DNA of 64,000 nucleotides from positions 3,365,520 to 3,429,519 of the forward strand of contig OZ240215.1 in NCBI GenBank assembly GCA_965197585.1. Direction: 5' to 3'. Positions 10,397 through 21,207 of the stretch are shown here, in pieces. The notes beneath the pieces are model-generated. The model had not been told where the DNA came from and made no database searches. It was given only the letters and a program-made list of their open reading frames with translations. The translations under genes were made by a program, and so were the position numbers. This DNA comes from Dehalococcoidia bacterium (GTDB lineage: Bacteria > Chloroflexota > Dehalococcoidia > Plut-88900). Position 1 is the first letter of the stretch. Every line of letters begins with the position of its first letter.

Positions 10397-10750
10397 ATGA
10401 GCCAAGGGAAAATATTTAACTGGGATGGAGTGGAAACCAGGCATTCGTCGAACCATCCGGGGATAGCCGCAAAAGTGGTGGATGGCAAGAACATGCAACT
10501 CATTTGGGCCGAGTTCCAACCCGGCGCCACTTACTCCCTCCACTCCCATGAGCGGGAACAATTCAGCTTCATGGTGAGCGGCCGAATGCGTCTCACCGTT
10601 GGGGAAGAAGTTGCGGAAATCGGACCCGGAGACATGTGGCATGCTCCGGGCAACGTAGTCCACGGCGGCGAAATCCTGGGGAACGAGCCCGTGGTGTTCG
10701 TTGATGTATACTCGCCGCCCGCGGAGGAGTTCAAACAGGACGGGGAGTAA
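10397..10750 (+). CDS. cupin domain protein
   Basis: HSHEREQ, PGNVVHG, DVYSPP; AGGAG RBS. Confidence 0.9.
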   Translation: MSQGKIFNWDGVETRHSSNHPGIAAKVVDGKNMQLIWAEFQPGATYSLHSHEREQFSFMVSGRMRLTVGEEVAEIGPGDMWHAPGNVVHGGEILGNEPVVFVDVYSPPAEEFKQDGE

Positions 10751-10789
10751 CCGCCGGACTCCCTCCAGGAGGAAAGGGCTCTCAATCGA

Positions 10790-11005
10790 GTGGCCGAGGG
10801 ACCGGTTTTGCCATCCTCAACGAGAGACTTGCCTTCAATGCTCGAGAGGGGCGATGCGGGGCTACTGATAGGAGACTCGGCGCTGTCCGCCAAATACGAG
10901 TCGTGTGAGGCCCCTCGGAGACTGCTGGTGAGGCAAAGGTGCAGGGGAGCGCTGTTGGAGGAAGAGGGTTTCCGCAAGCTATGGCCCCTGACGCTAGAGA
11001 TGTAG
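10790..11005 (+). pseudogene. probable fragment of MqnA-like chorismate dehydratase
   Basis: DLPSMLERGDAGLLIGDSAL resembles the MqnA DAALLIGD motif; N-terminus missing. Confidence 0.4.
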
Positions 11006-11178
11006 ACGGCGATGGGGTCATTTGCTACAGGTGACGCCTGTAAGCTAACGTAGAGGGCCGAATGCGCTGATGGTTCTGGCTATTCAGTCGGGAATACCGT
11101 CTTCGCAAACCATTGAAGGACATTCTGTAATCCCAACGATATCCGCTCCAGAATAGAGACTTCTCCAAAGCCGGGTGT

Positions 11179-12036
11179 ATGAACGTTAGACGCTTCGCCA
11201 GCAATCCGATTATCCATCTCGGTTCACACGCTGGTATGGGTGGCAACGTAAACGGGCCATCCCTCATCCAAGCCCCCGGTTGGATCGACCGACCCCTGGG
11301 CAGGTACTACCTCTATTTTGCCCATCACCAGGGCGACTACATCCATCTCGCCTACTCGGACAGCCTGGAAGGGCCGTGGCGGATCTACCAGCCAGGGACC
11401 CTGCATATTGAGGAGTCCTACTGCTACAACCACATCGCTTCCCCGGACGTGCACGTGGATGAGACCAACCGACAGGTCCGCATGTACTATCATGGATGGG
11501 TTGGTGAAGAGGTACAGGGGACCAAGGTGGCCCTCTCCGATGACGGCATCAGATTCATAGCACGAGCTGGCAACCTAGGAGAGCCCTACTTCCGCCTGTT
11601 CCGCTGGGGCGGGTACTTCTACGCCCTGGCAATGCCTGGAATCTTCTACCGGTCGAAGGACGGCCTGACAGGGTTCGAGGAGGGGCCAACGTTGTTCACT
11701 TCCGATATGCGCCACTCGGCGGTGCGAGTTGTCGGCAATGAGGCAGAGGTCTACTACACCAACGCCTACGCCCAGCCCGAACGAACCCTTCGCTCCCGAA
11801 TCGACCTCAGCTGGGACTGGACTCGGTGGACCGCCTCCGAGCCGGAGGTGGTGCTGGAACCTGAAATGAAGTACGAGGGTGTAGACCTGCCTCAGGCGCC
11901 TTCCGCAAGAGGCGCCGTCATGGAGCCGGTGCGTCAGTTGAGAGACCCGGCGATATTCCAAGTCGGTGAGTCCGTCTATCTGCTGTACTCGGTGGCGGGT
12001 GAACAGGGCATAGCGATAGCTGAACTGCTCCAATAA
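11179..12036 (+). CDS. glycoside hydrolase-like five-bladed beta-propeller protein
   Basis: NPII, NGPSLI, YYLYFAHH, SLEGPW, ASPDV, LRDPAIF blade motifs. Confidence 0.75.
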   Translation: MNVRRFASNPIIHLGSHAGMGGNVNGPSLIQAPGWIDRPLGRYYLYFAHHQGDYIHLAYSDSLEGPWRIYQPGTLHIEESYCYNHIASPDVHVDETNRQVRMYYHGWVGEEVQGTKVALSDDGIRFIARAGNLGEPYFRLFRWGGYFYALAMPGIFYRSKDGLTGFEEGPTLFTSDMRHSAVRVVGNEAEVYYTNAYAQPERTLRSRIDLSWDWTRWTASEPEVVLEPEMKYEGVDLPQAPSARGAVMEPVRQLRDPAIFQVGESVYLLYSVAGEQGIAIAELLQ

Positions 12037-12512
12037 AGGGTCCACCGGATGGGCCTGGGCAGCACCTCGTGCCTTCTAAGAGACCACCGTCCAAACCGCG
12101 TGCTCCAAAAGGTCAAGTTCCCTGCCTTATAAACGGGGATGAGTGCCCATCTAGAACGTCTCGCATTCTCAGCGGATACCGGGGACGACGGCTGCACGAT
12201 GTGCGGCAAGACGGGCCAACGTGGGAATACTGCTTGAACCGACGAAATAGTCCGTGCCGCCGACGCAAGAGGTCAGCGGGATTGACCATCCAGGACAGCG
12301 GCCCACGAGTAGACAACTTTTGGTGTCTATTGCGAATCAGGCTTGAACGCTCGCAAAACAGCGAACTCAGGTGTAGCTAACCTGCTTGGGGCCCGGTCTT
12401 GCCAGTAGCTGCAGATTACATTGGTATCGAAAATTATCAATTTGCTCACCTTCTCTCTTATCCCGTAGATGGCTGAAAAGGTGTATGGAGTGATGAAGGC
12501 TGTTAGGGGCTA

Positions 12513-13793
12513 TTACGAGGTTGCCGGCGCAAGTGCGGGCACACCCGATATGTACAGTCTTCGCGGTGTCGGTGTAAAGACACTGAGAACCATCACTCCC
12601 AGGAACGCCGCGCTTCCAACCAGTAGTATCCACCCGGGGTTGAACACGTCGGCCAGGACCCCGTTAGCGAAGTATGAAAATGCCATAATCCCGCCGGCGT
12701 GAATCAGGTATATGCTGGTGATTCGACCACGAAGGTGATCAGGAGCTACCGACTGAATCATGATCGTAGCCATGGTCATGAAACCCGTATGAGAGATGCC
12801 TATAATCACGGTCCCCAACAGTGCCAGTGGCAGGGTGGGCGCTATTGCCAGAACGAAATTGCCTAGAGCGCTGACCACGGCCGTCACCAGGAAGAGTCGT
12901 CCTATCGCTGATTCCCTTCGCATTGGAGCAATTGCAACGGAGATTAATAGCGCACCAAAACCAACCATCATATGCATGTAGGCTACGCCGCCACCGCCGG
13001 AACCCAACCGGTTTTCCGAAATCGCTGGCACGAGCGATTCAAATGACATTATCAAAGTTCAGTGGAACAGCACTATCAGGATGATGCTTCGTAGCACCTT
13101 ATGGCCGTAGACGTATTTGAATCCTGAAAAAGCGTTGTCAAGCAAACCTTTGTCAGGATCTATGATGCCCGTAGATCGAGTGCGTATCCGGAGTACGAAG
13201 AATACCCCTACGCCGTAGAAAGCAGTGCAAGTGAAAAATATCCATTCCAGACCGACCACATCTATAATCGGTGCAATCACTCCGGGGCCTATCAGTCGGG
13301 TAGCGTAGTAGCCCGCGTTAACCAGGATATATGCGTTCGGCAGGACTTGCCCCGGTACCAGATTGGCAGCCAGAGATTCGATGGCACCCATGTGGACTGC
13401 CCTGGCGCATCCGTTGACGAAGGCCAGAGCAAGAATGTGCCATGGTTGCACCACGCCAGTGAGGACCAGAAGGGCCAGGGTCAAGCTATGCAAAAGGCTG
13501 ACGACGTAGGCTAACGTCAGTATGTTTCGTCGTATGAACCGGTCGGTTAAGTATCCGGCGATGATAGGTACAACGAACCAGGGGAGCATAGCTACGAGAA
13601 ATATCGCTCCCACCCAGGTGCTGGGATTACTGTCAGCCAGGTTGAAAATCAGCCACCCTTCGGCGGCTCCCATGGCCCACGATGCCGATTCGCCGAAGAT
13701 GTGCCCGAACCACATCACTCGATAATCCCGGTGGGCTAGGGCCGGCAAAAAACGCTGGCCCGCGTTCCGCTGAGCGCGCATGATGCCTAACAT
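12513..13793 (-). CDS. MFS transporter interrupted by one in-frame TGA (13059-13061): selenoprotein or nonsense allele
   Basis: Two ORFs in the same frame separated only by TGA; motif A GYLTDRFIRR, APDHLRGR, about 12 TM segments in total. Confidence 0.8.
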
Positions 13794-14669
13794 CTAGCTG
13801 CACCAGGTCTAGACGTGCCCACAATCATTCCCAGTAGCCACAGCTTTTTCCCCTCCAACGAAAACAAGCACACGAATTGCTGCCTCCACGCGAGACCTCA
13901 GCCACTACAGAAGGACAACTAGGGGATATCCTAGCACCAAACGCGAGCCATTACCTCGGGAATAGTGGGTGTAAGAGGACAACAGTTTGGCTGGGTAACC
14001 TGGATTTGGACCGAGGCTTACGGGTTCAGCAGCCGAGGCTACAAGAGCTGCCAAGGGTACCTGGCGTCTGGAATACCGGCGCCGTTCACTGAAGGGCAGG
14101 ATGTTGTGACTTATCGATTGGATGTCCTGTCCTTTTGTATTGACATTACCCATTGCCAGGTTCGCAGTACAATACGCGCCGGCCCACCACCCCGCACAAA
14201 TGCCCAAATCTCAATCTTGCCACTGCGTCTGAGCACATAAGCATACCCTTCAAAATTCCGTTTCGTCACCATGCGAAAATAGCGTCGGGCCCCTGCCTCG
14301 CAGCATCGGCAGCGTAAATTCTGTGGGCAGATAGGTTAAACAACTCGAATGGCACCCAGTGACCACACATGGTGCTCCGAGTAATGCCGCCAGCCCGATT
14401 TCCGCTTTGGTATAATTAGTTGAATCACAATTAACATTTCTTTTTCTGACGAAAGCCTAAACACGAAGGTCCCAATTTGCGCTCCACAATGAAACAGTTC
14501 AAATCACAGGTGTGGATCGCAAAATCACTCCGGAAGAGTACACAAAACTACAGCTCATCGACACAGATTTCGTCCTCGCGAGGTTTTAAGCGGCTAGCCA
14601 AGGCCGAAGAGGTGGAGCATTTTCCTCATTTCCCCTATAGGTAGATTCTTAGTCAGCTGGTACATCCTA

Positions 14670-15653
14670 GTGCCGGCTATGGTGGGCATGGGCATAGCGG
14701 CAGGTGTGCTGGGCTTTGTCTACCTGACTCCCGGCAAACCCCAGATTGGGGTCATAGAGGTGCCCTACACCGTCATCAATGATCGCTCTGCCTTCGCTAT
14801 CGGCCAATACATCGACTACGCCCGTCGAGATGACTCCATAAAGGCTGTGGTGATTAAACTGAGCACTCCCGGTGGAGGCGCCTCAGCCAGCGAACGCTTA
14901 TACAACGAGACCCGCAGGCTCCGTGAAGAAAAGCCGGTGGTGCTAGTTATGGGTAACCTGGTAGCTAGCGGCGGCTACATGATGTCGATGGGCGCATCCT
15001 ACACCTACGCTCAGACATCTTCACTGGTGGGGAACGTGGGAGTGATTTTCTCCACGGGCCCCCTGATCCCGGAACTTCCCGACGAGGGGCTGGTCTTCAG
15101 CAGCCCCAACAAGCTGGATGGAGGCACCAGGAGAGAGTGGATCGGGACGGTGGACATGCTTAATGAAGCCTTTGTACAAATGGTGGTTAGCGAACGGGGA
15201 GACAAACTACGTATTTCCAGGGATGAACTTGGCACGGGACGCCTTTATCCCGGAATGGTTGCAGTGAGACTGGGATTGGCTGACGAGGTTGGAAGTTATA
15301 GTGACGCGATCGAAAAGGCCGCCGACTTGGCGGGAATCTCCAACTACGGATTCGTAGACGTAAACTTGGAAGTGTTGCAGGAATTCGTCCAGGAGCTCGA
15401 TTTTGTCTTTACACTCGAAGGCGGAGATGGAGACCTGTCGGGAGCCCTTTCCTTCCTATCCAATCCCTCCCGAGACGGGGAGCCCCTGCCCTCGGAAGGC
15501 GAAACGGGTAGCGCCCTGACAACTCTCCGTACCCTGAGAGACTTGATGCTGGACCAGGGCCTCGGAGCAGACGGGGAGGGAGCCCTCCCGGGGTTACCCG
15601 TCGACATACAGCGCCCGGAAATCTATTACCTGTACGTTGGGTATGACCCTTAA
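14670..15653 (+). CDS. S49 (SppA-like) peptidase
   Basis: IKAVVIKLSTPGG, KPVV, ASGGY, GNVGV, GLADEVG; N-terminal TM; true start may be slightly upstream. Confidence 0.88.
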   Translation: MPAMVGMGIAAGVLGFVYLTPGKPQIGVIEVPYTVINDRSAFAIGQYIDYARRDDSIKAVVIKLSTPGGGASASERLYNETRRLREEKPVVLVMGNLVASGGYMMSMGASYTYAQTSSLVGNVGVIFSTGPLIPELPDEGLVFSSPNKLDGGTRREWIGTVDMLNEAFVQMVVSERGDKLRISRDELGTGRLYPGMVAVRLGLADEVGSYSDAIEKAADLAGISNYGFVDVNLEVLQEFVQELDFVFTLEGGDGDLSGALSFLSNPSRDGEPLPSEGETGSALTTLRTLRDLMLDQGLGADGEGALPGLPVDIQRPEIYYLYVGYDP

Positions 15654-16956
15654 ACTAGCATCTCTCTTCCTATTCCCCATAATTGCCGCCGCTACTTTTG
15701 CGGGCATATTCTTTTTCTTTTACCAAGGCGCCTATGACCCTCCGCCTTCGTTGGATATTCCCTATGAGCAGATAACTTCGCCCGCGGTGACCCCCGTTGC
15801 TCCCGTTGATACGGGGGCGGCCCAGGTTCGGAAGGGACTGCTGGTCGTCGACGCTCTGCACTACAACTCCTTCAGTGAAAGTGAAATTGCCACCCTCAGC
15901 TCCTGGGTAACCGACAGAGGTTATGACGTTGAATTCATTGGCAACTTTTTCGGTGTGCTGGCAAAGACCAGACTGGAACAGATGGAAAAGAAGCTGCGGG
16001 AAGCCGACAGCTTCCTAGTCATGCTTCCCCGAACTACCTACCTGGACGAGGAAGTGGACTTGGTGGGACGGTTCGTCGAGAAGGGCGGAAAACTGGTGCT
16101 GGTGTCTGATCCGACCCGGCCCAACCGAATAAATGCCCTGGCTAAGAGATTTGGTGTGGAGTTCCAACCCGACTATCTCTACAACACCGTGGAATACGAC
16201 CTGAACTTCAGGCACATATTCGTTAGAGATTTCCAGCCCGCCCCCCTTACCAGTGGCCTCGAGACTATAGCCCTTTATATCGCCGGGTCGGTGCAGTCTT
16301 CCGGTGACGGCTTGGCCTTTACCGATACAAATACGGAGTCTTCTTTGGGGAACATTGCAGAGGAATTCAACCCCATTTCCCTGGGAGACAAGAGGAACGT
16401 CCTGGCTATTGCTGATTTCACATTTATGGTTCCTCCCTATAACTCTCTACTGGATAACGACAGGCTGTTGTCAAATCTGGCGGACTTTCTGACCGACGGT
16501 CAACGTGAGTTTGACCTCGGCGATTTTCCCCACTTCTATGAGGGCGACCCCGGAGACATTACCGACATCCTGTTGGGCCAGCCTTCTCTCTGGAACATTG
16601 GTCTCGAGATGAGAAACGGCCTCACGGTCTACGGTCTATCCTCCAGGATTGGTGAAGGGGAAGACGTGAGCCAGGACACGGTGTTCCTGGGCCTGTATGA
16701 AGACTCACGCATGGTGAGCCAATATCTACTGGCTGCCGGCGTTAGCATCGACGAGGCAATTACCCTGCCCTTTGCCCCGGAAATCGACAGGGAAGGAACA
16801 GCGATCATCCTGCTTCATAGGGACCAAGGCCGATACGTGCTGGTAGTCCTCGGGGAAACACCCGTTGCCTTGACCGGGGCTGTGAGCAGCTTGTTCAGCG
16901 GTGAATTCAGAGACGAACTAGTTAGCGACTATCTGGGGTTGCGTAATAGTCAATGA
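15643..16956 (+). CDS. membrane-anchored GldG/DUF4350-like domain protein
   Basis: N-terminal TM, VVDALH, FVEKGGKLVLVSDP, DNDRLLSNL; overlaps neighbours. Confidence 0.65.
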   Translation: MTLKLASLFLFPIIAAATFAGIFFFFYQGAYDPPPSLDIPYEQITSPAVTPVAPVDTGAAQVRKGLLVVDALHYNSFSESEIATLSSWVTDRGYDVEFIGNFFGVLAKTRLEQMEKKLREADSFLVMLPRTTYLDEEVDLVGRFVEKGGKLVLVSDPTRPNRINALAKRFGVEFQPDYLYNTVEYDLNFRHIFVRDFQPAPLTSGLETIALYIAGSVQSSGDGLAFTDTNTESSLGNIAEEFNPISLGDKRNVLAIADFTFMVPPYNSLLDNDRLLSNLADFLTDGQREFDLGDFPHFYEGDPGDITDILLGQPSLWNIGLEMRNGLTVYGLSSRIGEGEDVSQDTVFLGLYEDSRMVSQYLLAAGVSIDEAITLPFAPEIDREGTAIILLHRDQGRYVLVVLGETPVALTGAVSSLFSGEFRDELVSDYLGLRNSQ

Positions 16957-18368
16957 AGAAACAATTAGGTCTATATATCCTTCTACCCACTTTGATATTA
17001 ACTCTGGGCCTGGTTATGGCCTGTGGAGGCAGTGGCGATCCTGAAACCGTGCCCGTTACCCTGCCCACAGACTCAACCCCCCAATCGTCCAGGCCCCTGT
17101 CGGTTAGCGAACTGATGGTGGTGGATGAATTTGCCACACAACAGGAGGCCGTTGGGCTGGAGTGGGACCAATTCCACAAGGACTTTGACCACTGGCGCGC
17201 CGGGTTAACATCTTGCCACGAGAGCACCGCTCAGAATGCCCTGCGGGACTTTGCCGTAGCTTTCAACGGTGTAACGGAACAGGCCCGGGACCTTCCCAGG
17301 GCGACGGTGACTCGGGAGTTAGCCGACGTGTTGATAGCGGCTGCCGAGTCGGAAGAGAAGGCATTCCGACAGTTACGCGACCGCTGGCAGCCAAACAACC
17401 TTTCATTGTTTGAGACAGTTGAGCAGCAGCGCTCCGAATCGGCCCTCGCCCAAAGGACAGTGCAAGACCAGGTCGCGGAGTTACAGGAAGATCTCGAGAA
17501 GGCTACCGACCCCGAGAGATTGCAGGCGATAGAAGATTTGTCCGAGGCCCTTGATGCCATCGGTGATGCATGGGAGGGCTATCACGACGACTACTCCGGC
17601 TTGCTGAAGGAGTCCGAGACCCTGGACAACGCGAAAGTGCTCACCCGGCTCAACCACCTAATCGGGCAACTCGACGAGGTAGTTGATTCTATTGACAGGC
17701 TAACTGCGACAGACGCTACGAAAGATATGATCGGGGAGCTTCAAAAGGTCGCGGAGGCTGAACAAGCTGCCCTGTCGAACACGCTTAAAGTCGTCAGACA
17801 GGCCACTATGGCAGTCTTGGAGATGGGTGATGAGTCGGCCACCCCTGAACCAGAAACGTCCAATCAAACGATCGCACCGCTTCTGAAGGCGCCGCAGGCC
17901 GCCATCAAGAAATCCCAGGCAACTCTCAAGGAAGTCAATCTATCCATCGAGGATGCGTTGGATGGCAGTGCCGAGGAAGATTTGCAGGACCTTAGAGAGT
18001 TTGTTGACGGGTACGAGAGCCTGTTGGCTTCATGGGGCGCATTCCACGAGGGTTACAACGGCTGGCGGGAGGTCGAGGGCGGATGCGACCGTAGCGAAGT
18101 TCTCAAAGCCTTGAGTCAATTCAACATACGTATAAGTGAACTCGGGCTTCAAGTGAGAGACCTTCCACAGTCGGGTTACCTGCTGCCCATGTACAACCTG
18201 TTGGTAGAAGCAGTGGAAAGGGAAGAGGGCGCTGTGCGAACTTTGCGCACCTCCTGGCAACCCTTCACTGTTGACGCCTTTATAGCGGTGGATCGGGAGC
18301 GGGATAATTCCAACAGGCTGCGCCGCGAGGCGAGCATAGCCTTGAAGGAGCTCACCGACCGGTCCTGA
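16953..18368 (+). CDS. helical lipoprotein with internal duplication
   Basis: Lipobox LVMA-C; ATGA overlap with upstream gene; repeated W..FH...W....C...RDLP...WQP module. Confidence 0.75.
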   Translation: MKKQLGLYILLPTLILTLGLVMACGGSGDPETVPVTLPTDSTPQSSRPLSVSELMVVDEFATQQEAVGLEWDQFHKDFDHWRAGLTSCHESTAQNALRDFAVAFNGVTEQARDLPRATVTRELADVLIAAAESEEKAFRQLRDRWQPNNLSLFETVEQQRSESALAQRTVQDQVAELQEDLEKATDPERLQAIEDLSEALDAIGDAWEGYHDDYSGLLKESETLDNAKVLTRLNHLIGQLDEVVDSIDRLTATDATKDMIGELQKVAEAEQAALSNTLKVVRQATMAVLEMGDESATPEPETSNQTIAPLLKAPQAAIKKSQATLKEVNLSIEDALDGSAEEDLQDLREFVDGYESLLASWGAFHEGYNGWREVEGGCDRSEVLKALSQFNIRISELGLQVRDLPQSGYLLPMYNLLVEAVEREEGAVRTLRTSWQPFTVDAFIAVDRERDNSNRLRREASIALKELTDRS

Positions 18369-19032
18369 GATGTCTTGTCCAACATGGCTGATTGCTGAAG
18401 TAGCGGCGCCTGCGACATTTGGCCGAGATGCCCATCGCATAAGAGCACAAGCTGGATCGGTAGTTGATCAATCTCGACTACCACCAGGTGAGATGGCCGT
18501 CACGCAACCTTGCTGGAATTCTAGAACTATTAGGCAGCAAATCTGATAGGCAAGAGATATGCTCCGGAGCTTTTCTTCAGAGGCCGCATGGAGAAAGCGG
18601 AGACATGGGTTTCGGCGGGGCTATCTACAGAACCGGTCACGACTCGCCTTTACCTGATCGGCTTAGATATCCCACCGGAACGTTTGCAGTACAGCACACT
18701 TAGACTTGGCTAGTTAGACTCGAACTTCCGATTGGTACCCTGCGCAACCGCGTCCTGCACTCAGATGCGTGCAGAACGCTGGATACAGTCACTCCGTTCA
18801 ATATTCATAGGTGAAGGCGTGATACCATACCGTGTGAGGCAATGATCGGTGAATGTTGCCATCAGCCTATCAGGGTGGTGAGGATTGTGGGAATGAACAC
18901 TAGGATATAGGTGTTTCATAGCTAATTACGAATCCCCCAACTCCACCACTTTCTCTCTTACTTCATCTGCAGGATAGGGTTGACTATCCCAATATCAGGA
19001 AGTCCAAGGGTAGCGTTTCAGGAGGCCCCACC

Positions 19033-20292
19033 ATGACCCCACCCCAATTTCCCATCAGCTCCCGACCCTGGCACGACGTCCGCACCGAGATGGAGTCGGC
19101 GCACGGGGAGGACAAGCCGTGGTACGCGCCTCGGCAGTTCAAGGGAGGAAGCTACTTTGGCGGGGAGGACGTGGTTAAGGTGGCCAACGAGGCCTACCAG
19201 ATGTACATCAACCACAACGCCCTCTTCGCTCCCGACCTCTTCCCCAGCCTCGTCAGGTACGAGCGGGAGCTGATCGGCGCTCTGCTGGAGATGCTGACCG
19301 CGCCTGAGGGCGCCGGCGGGAGCGTCACATCCGGCGGCACGGAGAGCATAGTGGTGGCGGTGAAGGCGGCCAAGGCCTGGGCCCGAGACCACCGGCCCTC
19401 GGCTACCGAGCCCGAGATTGTGGTGCCGCGGGCTGCCCACCCGGCCTTCGACAAGGCGACCCACATTCTCGGAATCAAGACCGTTCGGGTGCCGGGCAGT
19501 GTCGACTACCGGGCGGACGTGGACGCAATGGCCCGGGCCATTAACGACAACACCATCATGGTCGCCGGTTCCGCTCCCTCCTACCCCTATGGCGCCAACG
19601 ATGCGATCACCGAGATCGGGGCGCTGGCGGAGGAGCATGGGCTCTGGTTCCACGTCGATGCGTGCCACGGTGGGTTCGTATTGCCTTTCGCAAGGAAGCT
19701 CGGCTATGACATCCCGGACTATGACTTTGGCGTGAGTGGCGTCACCTCCATCTCGGTGGACGTGCACAAGCTGGGGTATGCCAACAAGGGGGTCTCGGGG
19801 TTGCTGCTGCGGGACGATACGCTGGAGAAGTACCAGCGGTTCACCTTCGACGAGTGGCCATCGGGGCTCTACTCGACTCGAAACAACACGGGGTCCAGGT
19901 CCGGGGGTGGGGTGGCGTCGGCGTGGGCGGTGATGAACTACCTGGGGGAAGAGGGATACCTGCGCATCGTGGAGAGGATTCTGGGGACGCGGGACCGGTT
20001 CATAGACGGGATCAACTCCATCGAGGGGCTCGAAGTTTTCGGGACGCCTCATGCCTACCTTGCAGCTTTCGGGTCGAAGAATCTCGACATCTACGCCGTC
20101 CACGATGGCATGTCCGACCGGGGGTGGAACAGCAACCGCATTGTCGACCCAGAGGGCATCCACCTCTTTTTCGACTACTCGCACCACGACATCGTCGAGC
20201 AGTACGTGACCGACCTAGCGCTGGTGACTGCCGAGGTGCGGGCCGGCCGCATCACCCGCCGAGCAGGGGAGGCGGTGTATACGCGGAGCTAG
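19033..20292 (+). CDS. PLP-dependent group II decarboxylase / sphingosine-1-phosphate lyase-like protein
   Basis: TSGGTES, AHPAFDKA, HVDACHGGF, SVDVHK(PLP)LGY; AGGAGG RBS. Confidence 0.9.
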   Translation: MTPPQFPISSRPWHDVRTEMESAHGEDKPWYAPRQFKGGSYFGGEDVVKVANEAYQMYINHNALFAPDLFPSLVRYERELIGALLEMLTAPEGAGGSVTSGGTESIVVAVKAAKAWARDHRPSATEPEIVVPRAAHPAFDKATHILGIKTVRVPGSVDYRADVDAMARAINDNTIMVAGSAPSYPYGANDAITEIGALAEEHGLWFHVDACHGGFVLPFARKLGYDIPDYDFGVSGVTSISVDVHKLGYANKGVSGLLLRDDTLEKYQRFTFDEWPSGLYSTRNNTGSRSGGGVASAWAVMNYLGEEGYLRIVERILGTRDRFIDGINSIEGLEVFGTPHAYLAAFGSKNLDIYAVHDGMSDRGWNSNRIVDPEGIHLFFDYSHHDIVEQYVTDLALVTAEVRAGRITRRAGEAVYTRS

Positions 20293-20301
20293 GGGCGGCG
20301 G

Positions 20302-21147
20302 TTATTCAGTTGTGGGGGGAGGGGTTGAGGGTATGGGCTGTTGGGCGGTTCCTTTGGTGGGTATGAATGGGGGAGTTTTGATTGATGCGCGGACCCAGGC
20401 GTGAGGTCTGATTGTTTTGCGGGAAGAGTCCGCTTTTCCCTGGATTGAGGGGGCCGGGGAGGTGGAGGGGATGGAAGGTCCCGGACGGTTGCGCAGGAAG
20501 GCGGCGACGCCTGTACCGATGGGTGTTGTCCGCGACAGCGGATGTTCCACATCGAAGCCGGCTTTGCGACAGCCCCGAACTTCTGAGAGGACGTGGTGGA
20601 GACGCGCGATGGGCTCGCGGTGGGGCGGTCTCCACCACCAGAAGTGCTCGACCACCCTAAGGGATGGGAGCGTGGACCCGTGACCGGCGTTCGTAGTCGG
20701 AAGTTCTCCGGTTGTGACGACGGTGGAATCCTTAAATGGTGCGTTGGTTTTGAGTCGGCGCTCATCCGACTGTTCGGACTCGCCAGCAAGGTCTAGGCCG
20801 GGGGAGTCCGGAGGGGGCGCTATGGCCCAAGGTGGAGACATGACGCTGTGCTCCAGGGCGTCGCCTGAGGAGGCGAAACGGATGCGCCGGGTGAGTGCAG
20901 CGCGCACTTGGCATTGGCCCTTGGAAAGGGCAAGCCGGTTTTTGTCCGGGAACCTTCCATGGCGGGTCACGTGGACCTGTGGGGACAGTGATTGATCGCT
21001 GCTGAGGCGGAGGCGATGGGCCTTGGGGCAGCGCTTGAAGTGGGGGAAGTAGGGTGGAAAGAGGCAGGAAAAGAGACGCGTGCCTGTGGCCGGGCGGTCC
21101 CATACCGCTCGGGTGTGACGGGGCCTATGAAGGCTATTGCGACTCAT
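20302..21147 (-). CDS. orphan low-complexity ORF inside a dispersed element (coding status uncertain)
   Basis: AAGGAG RBS before ATG and a promoter upstream; no recognisable domain. Confidence 0.35.
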   Translation of the reverse strand: MSRNSLHRPRHTRAVWDRPATGTRLFSCLFPPYFPHFKRCPKAHRLRLSSDQSLSPQVHVTRHGRFPDKNRLALSKGQCQVRAALTRRIRFASSGDALEHSVMSPPWAIAPPPDSPGLDLAGESEQSDERRLKTNAPFKDSTVVTTGELPTTNAGHGSTLPSLRVVEHFWWWRPPHREPIARLHHVLSEVRGCRKAGFDVEHPLSRTTPIGTGVAAFLRNRPGPSIPSTSPAPSIQGKADSSRKTIRPHAWVRASIKTPPFIPTKGTAQQPIPSTPPPTTE

Positions 21148-21207
21148 GGGACTCCTTTAATCCTTTTCCTTGAATAGGGCCGACGTGGGGTGTCGGGCCT
21201 GGCAGGC

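Noticed and set aside
12037-12512. Short ORFs between the propeller gene and the MFS gene
   Set aside because: No coherent protein signal on either strand
13850-14600. Short ORFs upstream of the S49 operon
   Set aside because: Possible gene relic, but no family could be supported
18369-19030. AT-richer intergenic stretch with short ORFs
   Set aside because: No recognisable motif, RBS or RNA structure; probably decayed sequence
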